Source: Phaeosaccion multiseriatum | Lineage: Eukaryota > Protista > Ochrophyta, other classes | Length of the DNA stretch: 64,000 nt | NCBI GenBank assembly: GCA_965112735.1 | Contig: OZ218952.1 | Coordinates: 4,898,001-4,962,000, forward strand | Direction of reading: 5' to 3' | In this document: piece after piece, positions 34,533-46,751 of the stretch | Layout of the letters: every line of letters begins with the position of its first letter | Numbering within the stretch: position 1 is the first letter of the stretch | Program-made: the position numbers and the translations under genes | Notes under the pieces: model-generated | Seen by the model: only the letters and a program-made list of their open reading frames with translations | The model's database searches: none | Told to the model about the DNA's origin: nothing

Positions 34533-35147
34533 ATGGATGCACGAGTTGGAGAGAGTGCTTGCCGCGTGAGCAGCAGCAGTAGCAGCAGCGGCGGCGGCGG
34601 CGGCGGCGGCTGCCGCGGCGGCAAGAAGCGCAGCAAGGAGCGTCCCTTACTTGTCCAAAAGCGCCCTCTGGTGGATCCGGCCTTACGGCAGCCTTTTGGT
34701 CTGCCGTCGTCGAGGCGGCGTACCACCATCGCCGGCACTGGGGGGCAGCCGCCACAGCTTCGCCACCTCTCTTTGGACCTGTCTGTTATCGACAAAACGC
34801 AGCAGCCGCTTGGAGGCCCACAGCCTCCTCAGTGTAGGCCGAGACGCGTTCGTGCCGACCACTCTGTGCCTTTGGCCCGCTTGGCAAATGGATCCTCTCT
34901 CCTCCAGTTTGAAGAACTGCCCTTCCTTGACGAGCCGCTGAAGCGGGATGCGAGGGAGGGGAGAGGGGTGAAGGGGGGAAATCAGCTGGGTGACAAAGAG
35001 GAGGAGCATTTTCCCGACGCCGCCCTCGTGTACCCATCAAAGCCGCCATGCAGTACTGGGCCACGGACGGAATCTCCAAGACGCTGTGGGGGGACTGAAG
35101 ATGACGATGGGGAGCGTTCCGCCAGAGCAAACAGTGCGTTCTTCTGA
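34533..35147 (+). CDS. Orphan low-complexity protein, copy 1 (paralog of 52338-52910)
   Basis: Aligns end to end with copy 2; several indels, all frame-preserving; same stop after NSAFF. Confidence 0.55.
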   Translation: MDARVGESACRVSSSSSSSGGGGGGGCRGGKKRSKERPLLVQKRPLVDPALRQPFGLPSSRRRTTIAGTGGQPPQLRHLSLDLSVIDKTQQPLGGPQPPQCRPRRVRADHSVPLARLANGSSLLQFEELPFLDEPLKRDAREGRGVKGGNQLGDKEEEHFPDAALVYPSKPPCSTGPRTESPRRCGGTEDDDGERSARANSAFF

Positions 35148-35199
35148 TGCAGCGCACCGTGCCTTCCCTCCCCAGGCCCTGCATAAAGTAAAATGGATT

Positions 35200-36934
35200 A
35201 AGGAAGAGGAGGAGGAGGTGTATGGGGTAGTGGAGAGGGTGCCATGACAATGAGGTGGTGCAAAGTGGCCGCGCTGGCCACGGCGAAGGCAGCAGACGGA
35301 CTGCACGTACTCCTGCGGCAATGCCACATGTTCTCCACGCCCCTGCCTCTGAGCCCCCCCCGGCCTGAGGTGAGGGCCGAGGTGCTGCAGCGGCTGCTGG
35401 AGCGCTGCCTGGGCTTGGAGCTGGGGCAGGCTGATGCAGCGGTTGGTGATACAGCAGCAGGGGAGGACAGGGAAGCAGAAGAATTGGATGCAGCAGGGGC
35501 CGTAGAGGTGGCGGGTGGTGGTACAGCAGCAGCTAGTGATACAGCAGCAGTCAGGATCGACTTGGACTGGGAGGCGTTGTCCTCCCGCACGGAGGGGTGC
35601 CGCCCCAGCGACCTGTCCAAGCTCGTGAAACGCATCGTGCATCGGGCCCTGCTGAGGCGCCTCAAGTCGGCACGCAGGGAGGGGGGAGGAGTAGGGGCGC
35701 ACCCGCAAGCCAGGAGAAGCAGTGGCGCGGCCATTTGTGACACCACGCTACCGTCGTCTGAGCTCCACTTTGCGCAGGAGGACGCCCTTGCCGCTCTGCG
35801 CGGCTTCAAGCCCGAGTCGCTGGCGGCGGCCAAGCTGTTCCAGTCCAGCGTATCTTGGAAGGATGTGGGCGGGCTGACCCTCGTCAAGAGGGAGCTCACA
35901 GAGCTGCTTGAGGTGCCTGTCAAGTACCGGAGACTGTTCGAGCATAGCCCCGCCCGCCTGCCCACCCGGGGGCTGCTCTACGGCCCCCCGGGGTGCGGCA
36001 AGACGCTTGCTGCGTGTGCAGTGGCCTCGGAATGCGGCCTGAACTTCATCAGCATCAAGGGGCCCGAGGTAAGCAAGCAAGAGGGCGTGTGTGCGTGCGT
36101 GCGTGCGTGGGCGGGTGTGGGTGCGTGCGTGCGGGTGTGGGGCTAGTGTCTCATTTTCAGTGTCAGTTTTGTCTACCTTGATACCCACGCACCGATCCTG
36201 AGATGTGGAGAGAGAGGTGTTGTGTTCATCGGGTGGGGGAGGGATTGACTGACTGATTGCTTTCACAGACAGACTTGCGCTCTCTTCGCTGTCTGTCTGC
36301 TTCCCCAGAGCGTTGACTGAAGCTTAAGCTTACCACTACACTGAAACTTCCCCTCGGCTCTCCCCTAGGCCCTAGACTGACGGATACACCACCCACCTGC
36401 ACCACACCCCCGTCCACACGCCTGCCCATATGCCTGCCCATATGCCTGCCCACACACCCGCGTACCCACCCGCCCATATGCCTGCCTGCCCATGTGCCTG
36501 CCCATGCCACGGTAGGTGCTCGACAAGTACATCGGCGCCAGCGAGCAGGCCGTGAGGGCCCTCTTCGCTCGAGCCTCCTCCGCCGCCCCCTGCGTGCTCT
36601 TCTTCGACGAGTTTGAGAGCATCGCGCCAAAGAGGGGCAACACGGCAAGGGCAAGCAAGGAGAGGGCGAGGGCGGAGAGGGCAAGGCATAGAGCAAGGCA
36701 GAAGGAGGGTCAGAGGTGGAGGCGGAGGCAGAGGCGGGGGGGGTCGTGGGTGGGGTGGTGACGGCTCGCCATCTGTTGGAGACCTTCCGCCGCACTCGCC
36801 CCTCCATGACCCCCAAGGACCGGCTGGAGTACCAACACGAGTACGACAAGTTCCGAGGGGCGCGCAAGGCGGACTTCAGGCCCCTTAGCTCCATGAACAA
36901 TGAGGAGGGCGTGCAGCGCACCACTGTGCATTGA
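35200..36934 (+). pseudogene. PEX1: Duplicated 3' half of PEX1 with an internal ~0.83-kb deletion and frameshift
   Basis: Near-identical to 30795-33324. At ~36640 it jumps from GGGGCAAC (32219-32226) to CAACACGGC (33052-33060) via CAAC microhomology. The duplicated 3' flank extends to ~37360. Confidence 0.9.
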
Positions 36935-37814
36935 CTTACTGTTCATTGACTGACTGGGCCTTGATTCGTTGACGTGTGTCATGGCTCACACGAGATGCAC
37001 TGGCTCTCTCGCTCGCTCGTTGGGAGGGACATGGCGCCTCGAGAGGAGGCTCCTTCCATTCGTTTTTTATATTCGATACATTCGATATAATATGTGACTT
37101 ACTGACTCACAGATATCCACGCCTACAGGTGCACTACATACACTCTGTCTACACGGCAAAATTGGCGCGATTCCCCATACCCCTCCCCATATCCCCATCC
37201 CGTGTCTCCCCTTCCTCTCGTATGTGGTGATACGTAATTTACATGTGTTGGCGCCCCCTCGCGACCCCCCCCTTGTTCTGTGTACCCTGCTCTACACAAG
37301 TGACACTGACTGACATGAAATGGCAGTCCACGGCGTTGTGGGCTCTCGAGTCTTGCTCTAGAGGCGGCTGCATCAAGGCAAGCACCGCACCAAAATCGCG
37401 ACTCTGCCCCCCCTCCCCCCCTGCCCCTCTCCCCCCCTCCCCCCCTCTCGCCCCCTGCCCCCCTCTCCCCTCTTCCGTGCAGCAGAGTGCCTCTGCTTCA
37501 CTCTCCACCCCCAAAAGACCAAAAGGACCAGCAGCAACAGCCAGACCAGCCGGAGGGACACGGCCTAACGACCCGAAGGACAGGACCTGTGATGATAACG
37601 ACCCGAAGGACAGGACCTGTGATGACCTTGAAGCAGCCTGCACCTGGCCGTGCCCTCACGAGCTCCTCACTAGCTGCTCACTAGTTCCTGGCTGATGCCC
37701 CTCCTTCCTTCTTGTATCCCCACTGCCCCCCCTCTGGCCCCACTTAACCACCCGGAGGGGGGGAGGAGGGAGGAGGGAGCGAGGTCTGCTCTCTCCTCGT
37801 CGGCTCCCAGTCAC

Positions 37815-37929
37815 TCACTCCTTCAGGGGCCGGGCTGTCGACTGCAGCGACGCGGAGGGTGCTGCCTTGCCGGTCTCCTGTGAGAGAGAGAGAGAGAGAC
37901 GAAAGGGAGAGAGGAGAGGGAGAGAGAGG

Positions 37930-37972
<43 letters not shown>

Positions 37973-40755
37973 CGAGAAATGAGAGAGAAGAGAATGTAAG
38001 ATGAGGCAATGGGGCGGGAGCAGACAGCAGGGTCAGCCGCACAGAACGCACTCCCCATGCTTCTGTCCGTCCTTGGGCCTCCCCTACCCCCCAACCCTCC
38101 CTCCGTCCCTCCGTCCTGTCACTGCTTCATCCTCACTCCCTTCCGCCCTCTCTTTCTACTACTTGTCGCTCCTTGTCGCTTCTCTGATACTCTGATAATG
38201 CTCAGCTCGCCAGGCAGGGAGGAGCAGGAGGAGGAGAAGAAAAGACGGGGGCAAAGGTAAGGCGTACCACGCCCTTGTCGAGTGGGAAGCACTCGTCGAC
38301 CACGATAGGGATAGACAAGACGCCTCCATTCAAGTCCAATCGTTCAAATCAGTCATTCAACCAGCCAATCAGTCAGTCTCGCGCGTGCCTACCTCACTGC
38401 CTCACCCACACCTCACCCACAGCCTACCCACCTGAAATTTGGCGATGCGCTTGGCGACGAACTCGTAAGTCATGAAAGTGATGGCCTGTCCGGGCATGAT
38501 ACGCATGAGGCGCGGGGTGAGGCCCTTCCACAGGGCACGCACACCCTCCTCTGTCGCGATGACACGCATCCCCTGCAGCAGACCTGTGTACTTGGGGGCC
38601 TCGCCAGGGAGAACCACCTGGGAAGGAGGGAGGGAGGGAGGGAGGGAGGGAGGGAGGGAGGGAGGGAGGGAGGGAGGGAGGGAGGGAGGGAGGGAGGGAG
38701 GGAGGGAGGGAGGGAGGGAGGGAGGGAGGGAGGGAGGGAGGGAGGGAGGGAGGGAGGGAGGGAGGGAGGGAGGGAGGGAGGGAGGGAGGGAGGGAGGGAG
38801 GGAGGGAGGGAGGGAGGGAGGGAGGGGAGGGGAGGGGAGGGGAGGGGAGGGAGGGAGGGAGGGAGGAAGGGAGGAAGGAAGAGGAAGAGAGGGAAAGACA
38901 GTGAGAAAAGGAAAGAGGGGCAGAGAGAGTGGGTGGCGGACGGGCGCACCCACTGCCTCACCAGAGAAATAGATGGCATTCTAAGGTGCCCGACAAGCCC
39001 TCAGTACCTGCTTCTGCAGCCTGGTCTTGACGACATCAAGGGGGTTGTTGACGGTAGGCCCCATGCCGCCGCTGAGGCCGCCCAGCAGCATGTGCTGCCA
39101 AGGCTGGAGCTCCGTGGTTTTGGAGTAGGCCTCCCACCGCCCCTTCATCATCTGCGGGCACGAAGAGGGGCAGGGATGGAGAGGGTTGCTTGCGCTTAGG
39201 GGTTGCAGCATCCTCTCTGTGTCTACAGCACTACCAGTCACTTGCAGCAGCTGTAGCAGAAGAAGGCTGATCCCCCCCCCCCCCCTTCACACTCTGGACT
39301 CGATGTGTGTGGTGTGGCGGCGAGGAGGAGGGGGGGCTGGAGAGGACGGCCCTCAACGGGCAGCACGGGACAGCACCGGATATGGACTCGCCCTCGCATG
39401 GGTCGGGTAGCGACAACCATTCACTCACTGACTCGCTCGCTCACTCACTCGCTCACTCACTCACTCACTCACTCACTCACTCACTCACTTACACACACAC
39501 TCACTCACTCACTCACTCACTCACTCACTCACGCACTCACTCACTCACTCACCCACCCACCCACCCACCCACTCACGGACTCACTCACTCACCCACCCAC
39601 CCGCCCACCCGCCCACCCACTCACTCACTCACCCAGCCCGACGCTCCTCCCTACCGTGAAGTCTGTCACCCTCTACCCACGAGCCATGGTGGCCGTGCCC
39701 TGCCTCGTACCCTGCCTGCGTTGTGCCGTTCCTTGACATACCTGATAGGCCGTGAAGTTGACGGCTTGGTTGCAGCCCTGCCGCAGGATGGTGGGCACCA
39801 CGCCCTTGTACAGCGCCGAGGGCCCCTCCTCTCTGGCCACGAGGAAGGCCGTCTGGATGACGTTGCGGTACTTGCGATTTGCCAACTCCGCGGGGTCCAT
39901 CATGGAGTGGAATTGGGCCTGCATGCGAATCTTGCACACCTGTGAGGCAGCAGGGCAGGAGAGGAAGAGCATAGAAGCAAGAAGGGTAGGGAGGGAGAAG
40001 AAGAAGAGGGGCGGGGGAGGAGGAGGAACGTGTAAGGCCAGGAAGAGGAGGAACGTGGGGCAGAGGCGGTCACTTTCTATCTTGAGAGAGGACCGGTTGC
40101 CCTTCTAAAGGCCGCCCTCCTCGCCTCCTGAGGTGTGTGAAGAGGCCCGAGCACTGCCTTCGAAGGCTCCATGCGGTGGTGGTACGTCATGGAGAGACAC
40201 TTTCAAGCAATGGAAGAGTGGCAAACGGCAGCACGAGGCCCTGGGGGAGAGGTCGCCATGCCCACCTTACCTCGGCGGGCGTGACGACGAGAATGGCCTC
40301 CGTGACGCCTGAGCCCAGGCCGGCCAGGAACACCCGGGACTTGCTCTTGCCGTCCGAGCAGCCCAGCCACCCCTTGTACGCCTCGAAGGAGGAGAAGCGC
40401 ACGGCCATCTTCGGCACGATGCCCATCACTACAGCGCTCAGGCCCTTGTACAACGCTGAACGGCGGGGGAGGCAGGGGGAACGAGAAGCGAGGAGGGGCA
40501 GTGTTTGGATAAAACCGCTCATAGAAAGAACCATCGCTGTGCCGTCCTACCTGTGGGCCCTTCCTTCCTCACGATTCTTTGAAATGTCTGGATGGGGCCA
40601 AAGCCCGAGCCCGCTTTGGCGCGGAGCTGCATACGCGTCTTGATCGTGTCCAAGGGGTGGCACACAGTGGACTCCACCAGTCCTGCGGCCCCACCCGCAA
40701 TTAAAATAGTACTGAACGGCTTCTTGGGCTTCGCAGGGGCCTTAGCGTCCGTCAT
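37815..40755 (-). CDS. SFC1: Mitochondrial succinate/fumarate carrier (SLC25), multi-exon
   Basis: Carrier repeats HPLDTIKTRMQ, TPAEVCKIRMQAQ, NPLDVVKTRLQ, plus GIVPKMAVRF, RQGCNQAVNFT and PRLMRIMPGQAITF. Last exon (ETGKAAP...) is less certain. Confidence 0.9.
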
Positions 40756-42381
40756 GGTTGGCTGAGCTTGTAAGAATAATATTAGCGGGCCCTGAAGGGG
40801 GAGCGAGAGGCTCGAAGGGTGATCACCCGTCACTCCTCTTCTAAAGCTAGGCGTATCCCTTCCTTCGGTTCAGCAGCAGTCCCACAGTACAGCCTATCGA
40901 TTGAAGGCTTCTCTTCTTCTCTCTCCCTTCTCTAATATCTCTTTCTTTTGTTCTATCCCCACCTCCGCCAGACAGTTGACCAACTTCAACCCAAACTGAA
41001 ATTAAAATTCCCACAATCTCACCCACTCACTCGCTCCCAACGACTCCTCCCATCCGCCCCTATCATCAAGAGAGGCACAGCAGCGAGGCCCATCAGTCAT
41101 CAGCAGCAGGGAGGTGGCTGAGACGTATGAGGGCAAAGGGAAAAGGGAGAGAGGGGAACTGGTAGAGGAAGAGGAGACGGAAAAAAAAAAAAAAAAAAAA
41201 AAACGCTCGCCCCCTCCTTTCTCCTCTTGAGCAAGGCCCAGAGCCCGCAGCCCCGTTTTAGTTCAGCCCCTTTTCCTCACAGCTCCACCACTCCAGCACT
41301 CCAGTCTGCCCTCTCCAAAATCAAAATAAATGAAGCACGGGCCTTCCCCAAGAAGCTCCTGCCTCGAAGCAAGCGTAATCGGCACTCCCCCTCCCCTTCA
41401 CAAGGCGCGTCGATCTCTCTCTCTACCCAGCTATCGGCCCTGTGTTAGCCTCCAAGCCAAGGGCAGTGACGACCCTTCCCGGAACAGCTCTCAGTAGCCA
41501 CCTAGTGGCCTACCGCTCACTCCAAGTTCTGTACGAGGTGCGTAGGACTGGCAAGGGAAGTTTCTTTTTTTTTGCTAGTGTCCAATACTATCCCTTGATG
41601 ATGTACTTGTCCTTACGCTTACCCCAATGTCCTGTATACCTTTGTCCTTATCCCATTTGGCCTACTACACGGCCTTGCTTGTCACTGCCCGAATTAGACC
41701 AAAATAGACTTTCTCGACACCCAATGTCGATGTCCGGCCCATACACCTACACCTGGCACTGGACGAGCGACCAGCCTGAGGTCTGCCGAGGGTTCCTCTC
41801 CCTTTGAGAATTTGAAAGCTGCATGCCGTCCCACCCCATCATCATACCATCACTCGGACGACAGACATAGCTAAGGAAGGAAGGGCAAGGTCAGCATCTT
41901 GAGACAAGGTATGATAGTGTAGGGTGTGATGGCGCTTCTCCTCGTCACTCGCTCACCCACTCACTCACGCACTCACCCCCCACTCACTCCTCTCACTCCT
42001 TCGCTCACTCACTCACCCACCCACACTCACTTAGCCAGGCCAACCACTCACGCCCTCTCCCCTCCCTAATATTTAACTACTAAGTACTATTATTTGGACC
42101 CTTGATGCGCTATCAATAGCTGATCACTGCCTGATAGCGTGTCGCGCGGGGGGGCTGCCGTCGCGTGCATGGAGGAGCGAGCGACTACTCAAAATCACGA
42201 ATCTGAGTAAGCTCGAATACGAATCTGTGAAAGTGTCGCTGAAACCTGAGTAGTCCGCGTGGAAAGTGAGTAAGCCGCTGGGTGCTTCCTGCCGGGAATG
42301 TACTGCCTCTCTCGTCTTCACGGCCCAAGCAACGTCCTTGCCTTCCCGCCCCCGCCCCCTAGCGCGGCACCGTTCCGTCAG

Positions 42382-42602
42382 TCGGCCCTGGAAGAGGTTG
42401 CTTATCAGATTACTGATTACGGCCGGCGCAGCCGGCCTGATTACTGATTACTGCCGGCGCCAGCCGGCCTGATTACTGATTATGGCCGGCGCCAGCCGGG
42501 TCTGATTACTGATTATGACCGGCGCCAGCCGGCCTGATTACTGATTGTGACGGGCGAAAGCCGGCCTGATTACTGATTATACGTAACCTCTTCCAGGGCC
42601 GA
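42382..42602. mobile_element. MITE-1: 18-bp TIRs (TCGGCCCTGGAAGAGGTT), 6-bp TSD CGTCAG, internal ~32-bp tandem array
   Basis: Perfect inverted ends 42382-42399 and 42585-42602; CGTCAG at 42376-42381 and 42603-42608. Confidence 0.85.
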
Positions 42603-42825
42603 CGTCAGCGTCATATATCTCGACAGACCCTGACGTAGACTTTATGGCCACCGGCTCTACCGAAGAGACATCAATTAGCTCTAATGAGCCGTACAGTGTC
42701 ACCTCGTGGTAGTCCATATGGCCACCGGCTCTACCTACCTTCTTTTGCGAAGAGACATCAAAAAATAAAGAACGTGAAAGAAACGGACAGAAACAACGGA
42801 TCGAAACGGCTGTATTGGCTGTGTC

Positions 42826-43011
42826 TGTTGCGATATCTCCTCTACGATGACAGGGACAAGCTAGAGTAGTGTCAACTCGTGTATTAATAATACCTACTGA
42901 GAGATGCGTTCAAGGAAGTGATGGCCGTGGCCATACATGAATATCGATATCCACATCGATATTGTACGTCGATATAGTGCTCAGTCACAAATGGCGATAC
43001 TTATCACAACA
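42826..43011 (-). repeat. Copia 3' LTR
   Basis: Identical to 48124-48309. Confidence 0.97.
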
Positions 43012-43148
43012 CCCTCCTATGACTGAATCACTATCTCTCTTGATAGCTGACACTCTACCACAAACACAATGAGGAAACACCTGACTTGTCCTAAAACCCC
43101 CCCGAGACAAAGTCCTGAAAACCTCATACTAAAACTACTGAACTAAAA

Positions 43149-44756
43149 CTAGTCCCCCCCTTTCCTGTCTCCCTTCTTGAGCATCTGCCCCGCCAGACCG
43201 CTGTGTACCTGAGGTGCCAATGCCTTGGTCATGATGTCCCCAAGCTGGTCCTTTGTGCTGATGTACTGAAACCGAACGTGTCCCTTGTCCACGTGGTACT
43301 GCAGGAAATGATAACGAATGTCGATGTGACGTACGCGCTTGGTGCCCGCGTTGCCATTTGCCATCTGAATGCACCCTTGATTGTCCTCGTGCACAATCGA
43401 CTCCGTCATGTTGGCTCCTGGAAACAGAAACTCCAGAATCCCTCTGTGAAACAGCAACTCCTTCACTGCTTCCGCTGCGGCCATGTACTCACTCTCCATA
43501 GAGCACTGTGCTATGACCTTAAATAGTGTTGCCTTGTGAGCAATCACTCCCCCGCCGAATGTCACGACGTATCCCCCTGAGCTCCTGCGCCTGTCGACGT
43601 CATCTGCCCAGCTCGAGTCTGCGTATGCCTCCAGATGAAGCCCCGCCTCTCGATCAAACTCAATTCCCAAGTCTAAACTACCTCTAAAGTACCCGAAAAT
43701 GCGCTGCAATGCTGCCCAGTGTCGAGGCCCCGGCCTCTTCATAAAACGAGCACACTGCATGATGGCGAAGGATACATCAAGCCTCACCCAGTTGGCAACC
43801 CATAGGATTGACCCTACCGCTGAGCAGTATGGTTTGTCCTGCATGAATTCCTCCTCCTCTGTGGTGCTTGGCTCCATACCCACTGACAAATGTACCCCCT
43901 GCTCTGCTGGTGAGCCGTACACAGGTACCTCCGTCATGTCGAACTTCTCAAGCATCGCTCTAAGATACCCTCCTAGCGAAAGCCTGAGCTGTCCCGCCTC
44001 GAATGCGTAGTCAACTTCAACTCCCAGAAATTTCCCCACATTCGACCCCAAACGCTTCAACTTGAAACGCTCGTCAATCTCCTTGAAAGTGCAGTCAATG
44101 AGATTTCCCTCCCCTGACCCTCCTAGGTCGTCTACATATAGAATGATGAGCCCTATTAGCTCCCCCTCCTCGAACCTGGCGAACAGACACGGATCCACTG
44201 GGCACTGTACCCACCCCATTGCGAGTAGAAATGCCACCACTGTCTCGTTCCACCTCTTGGGAGACTGATGAAGACCGTACAGACTCTTCAACAGCCTCAG
44301 CACCTTCCCGAACTTTCTCATGCCCTCTGGTGCTCTAATGTACACGTACTCCCCCTCATGCAGAGGTGCATGCAGGAAAGCCGTCTCCACATCTGCAAAC
44401 TCCAATACCCACTTCTTCTGGCACGTGATAGCAAAGAACATCTTCATCGTCGAGCTCCCCACCACTGGTGCAAAGGTATCAAAGTAATCCTCCCCCTCGA
44501 TCTGCTCGTTCCCCATCACGACAAATCGACACTTGAGCCTATCCACAAGTCCCCCAGTCACCTTTGCTCTGAATAGCATGACTGTATGCAGCGCATTCAT
44601 CCCCTCTTGATAATCAACCTCCTCCCATACCTGGCGTTGCTCGATCGCGTTGAGCTCTGCCCAGTACGCCTCCGTCCATTGCTCCGCGTACTCTCCTGCT
44701 TGAGCCTGGGCCAGAGACCGCGGTATCGGTACCTCGCTCTCCTTTAGGCCTGGCAT
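43149..44756 (-). CDS. Copia reverse transcriptase-RNase H (ORF3)
   Basis: KCRFVVMGNEQ, ADVETAFLHA, LLKSLYGLHQS, LYVDDLG; RNase H YADSSWA, ESEYMA, EDNQG, RHIDIRYHF. Confidence 0.95.
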   Translation of the reverse strand: MPGLKESEVPIPRSLAQAQAGEYAEQWTEAYWAELNAIEQRQVWEEVDYQEGMNALHTVMLFRAKVTGGLVDRLKCRFVVMGNEQIEGEDYFDTFAPVVGSSTMKMFFAITCQKKWVLEFADVETAFLHAPLHEGEYVYIRAPEGMRKFGKVLRLLKSLYGLHQSPKRWNETVVAFLLAMGWVQCPVDPCLFARFEEGELIGLIILYVDDLGGSGEGNLIDCTFKEIDERFKLKRLGSNVGKFLGVEVDYAFEAGQLRLSLGGYLRAMLEKFDMTEVPVYGSPAEQGVHLSVGMEPSTTEEEEFMQDKPYCSAVGSILWVANWVRLDVSFAIMQCARFMKRPGPRHWAALQRIFGYFRGSLDLGIEFDREAGLHLEAYADSSWADDVDRRRSSGGYVVTFGGGVIAHKATLFKVIAQCSMESEYMAAAEAVKELLFHRGILEFLFPGANMTESIVHEDNQGCIQMANGNAGTKRVRHIDIRYHFLQYHVDKGHVRFQYISTKDQLGDIMTKALAPQVHSGLAGQMLKKGDRKGGD

Positions 44757-44792
44757 CAGAAAGAGTGGGCCTAGTATGGAGGAGACAGCATG

Positions 44793-46751
44793 TCAGTGCT
44801 TGCCGCTACGCGTGCGGCCCAGGCTGGGATCGTGGCCCCAGTCGTGCTCCTTGGCTCCCTTGTCGCCATCTTTGGCCACCTCGTATGTCCAGAGTTTGCC
44901 TCTCTCTGGCGGCTCAGCCTGCTGCGTTGGCTCTTCCTGCTGCTGCTCTGCCTGTTGCTGCTCTGCCTGCTGCTGCTGCTGCTCTTGCTGCTCTACTTGC
45001 TGTTTCTGCTGCTCTCTCTGTTGCTGCTTTGCCGTCTGCTCCCTCTGTTGCCGCTCGGCGTGCTGACGTCGCTCCAGGCCTTCTCCTTCGAGTTGTAACT
45101 TCTCCACGAACTCTCGGGTGAGAACCTGTTCCCAGCGTGATGTCTGTTGCTGCTGTGGGGCTGGCTGTGCCTCCTCTAATCTCGTGTTCCATGTGACGGT
45201 TCCACTCTTGGTCCCGCCCCCACCTCCCCCGCTCGCGCTACTGCTGCTGCTCCTGCTGCTGCTCCTGCTGCTGCTCCCGCTGCTGCTCCTGCTGCTGCTC
45301 CTGCTGCTGCTCCCGCTGCTGCTCCTGCTGCTGCTCCCGCTGCTCGAGGGCTGGTCCTCGTCCTCGCTGTCATCCTCCTTCTCCGCTGTCTCTGGTAGCT
45401 TCCCCTTCTCCACGTGACTCCCGAACACCGTGCCGTCGTGTCTGCGGTTCGTCACGAATGTGTAGGACGAGCTGGAGATGAACCGCTTCTGTGAAGGGAT
45501 GTAGAAAAGGAGACAGGCTGATCTGTGGTTGGGGCTCTGTCCCACGTACACTGCCGAGTGCGTCTTGTCGTTGTGCCACTGCTTGTGCTTCTTGTTGCCC
45601 ACCCGCACCTTCGCCTGCTCTCCGAAGATGTGTAGGTGCTGTAGGTCAGGCTTGCGCTTGAAATACAGCTCGTAGGGGGACTGCTGCTGCCCCCTCCTGC
45701 ACCTGGTGTTGTAGAGAAGCTGCGCCAACTTGTACGCTACGAACCTCAGCTGCTTCGAGTGCTCCTCCAGCTTCGCCTCCTCAATGAAAAGAATAGACAT
45801 TCGCGCCAGCTCCTTGTGTCGAGCCTCGTTCAGTCCGTTCTGCGCTTGACAATTGGGGTCCGTCAGCTTGACCTCAATGCCCTGGGAGTAGAGCATCTTC
45901 TTCGCTGCCTTCGTCTTGATGAGCTCCGATCCGTTGTCTGCTGACAGACACTGCACCTTGTACCCCGCTGTCCTCTCCCCTGGAATGAATACTGTGGTGT
46001 TGAGGTCGTCATACACGCTCTGGAAGTGCGCCTCCGTCTTTCCCCCCACCTTCCTGCACCAGCCCATACCCGTGTGCGGGCAGCACGCCTGCAACACGTG
46101 CTCTCCTTCGAGAGGAATGGTGTCGAGCGTTACCTGTGCCAGCGGTGCCTTGGGGTAGTCGATGAACTGCTTACTCTGAGCTGCCTTCGTCATCTTCACC
46201 TCTGCGCAAGTCTTGCACGGCGCCCTCTTCCCGCACAGTGTCACGCCCTCCAGCTTGGCCTGTCGCCGTAGTTCTTGATCGTTGCGGTGGCCCTTCTTGC
46301 AGTGGTAAGTCATGTAATCACTCCACTGCTCCGTGGCCTCCTCGATCTTGAATTGTAGCATGTCAAGCCCCAGCTCTGGGTCCTGCGTCGTGTGCACCGT
46401 CTCTGGTGCGTCTGCTGAGGGGCCGAAATAGACTGGCTTCCCCGCTGGCCTTGCGCTCCCCCCCAGTAGGTCTGAGAGGTTCTTCTCTGCAAAAATGCAG
46501 AAAGGTACGTCTGGCGACACCACTACCTCCAGCCCCTTCAGTCCTCTTTTGCCGTCGTTGGAGACGTAGCTGATGTTCACCTTCCCTTTGCCCATTATCT
46601 GCGCGTGCGACTTGCCGTCTGCGAGTTGCACTAAACTCTGATGAGCGCAGAAATCGTACAGTCCATCCAAGTTGGGCCACACATTGAGCGCCGATCCGCT
46701 GTCTGCGAGCCCCTGCCGTGTGCCATCCGCCCCCGACTTCAGCTTGGACAT
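44793..46751 (-). CDS. Copia protease-integrase (ORF2) with Ser/Gln-rich tail
   Basis: ADSGSA protease site; YHCKKGH..PCKTC Zn finger; TLDT / ADNGSE / QNGLNE as the DDE core. Confidence 0.9.
   Translation of the reverse strand: MSKLKSGADGTRQGLADSGSALNVWPNLDGLYDFCAHQSLVQLADGKSHAQIMGKGKVNISYVSNDGKRGLKGLEVVVSPDVPFCIFAEKNLSDLLGGSARPAGKPVYFGPSADAPETVHTTQDPELGLDMLQFKIEEATEQWSDYMTYHCKKGHRNDQELRRQAKLEGVTLCGKRAPCKTCAEVKMTKAAQSKQFIDYPKAPLAQVTLDTIPLEGEHVLQACCPHTGMGWCRKVGGKTEAHFQSVYDDLNTTVFIPGERTAGYKVQCLSADNGSELIKTKAAKKMLYSQGIEVKLTDPNCQAQNGLNEARHKELARMSILFIEEAKLEEHSKQLRFVAYKLAQLLYNTRCRRGQQQSPYELYFKRKPDLQHLHIFGEQAKVRVGNKKHKQWHNDKTHSAVYVGQSPNHRSACLLFYIPSQKRFISSSSYTFVTNRRHDGTVFGSHVEKGKLPETAEKEDDSEDEDQPSSSGSSSRSSSGSSSRSSSRSSSGSSSRSSSRSSSSSASGGGGGGTKSGTVTWNTRLEEAQPAPQQQQTSRWEQVLTREFVEKLQLEGEGLERRQHAERQQREQTAKQQQREQQKQQVEQQEQQQQQAEQQQAEQQQEEPTQQAEPPERGKLWTYEVAKDGDKGAKEHDWGHDPSLGRTRSGKH

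Noticed and set aside
42408-42580. ~32-bp repeat array resembling CRISPR
   Set aside because: Head-to-tail units with no unique spacers, no cas genes, eukaryotic context; it is the interior of MITE-1.
44793-44795. Selenocysteine or reassigned UGA in the copia
   Set aside because: UGA ends ordinary host genes here (msrB, clpS, PEX1), and this codon lies in a non-catalytic linker.
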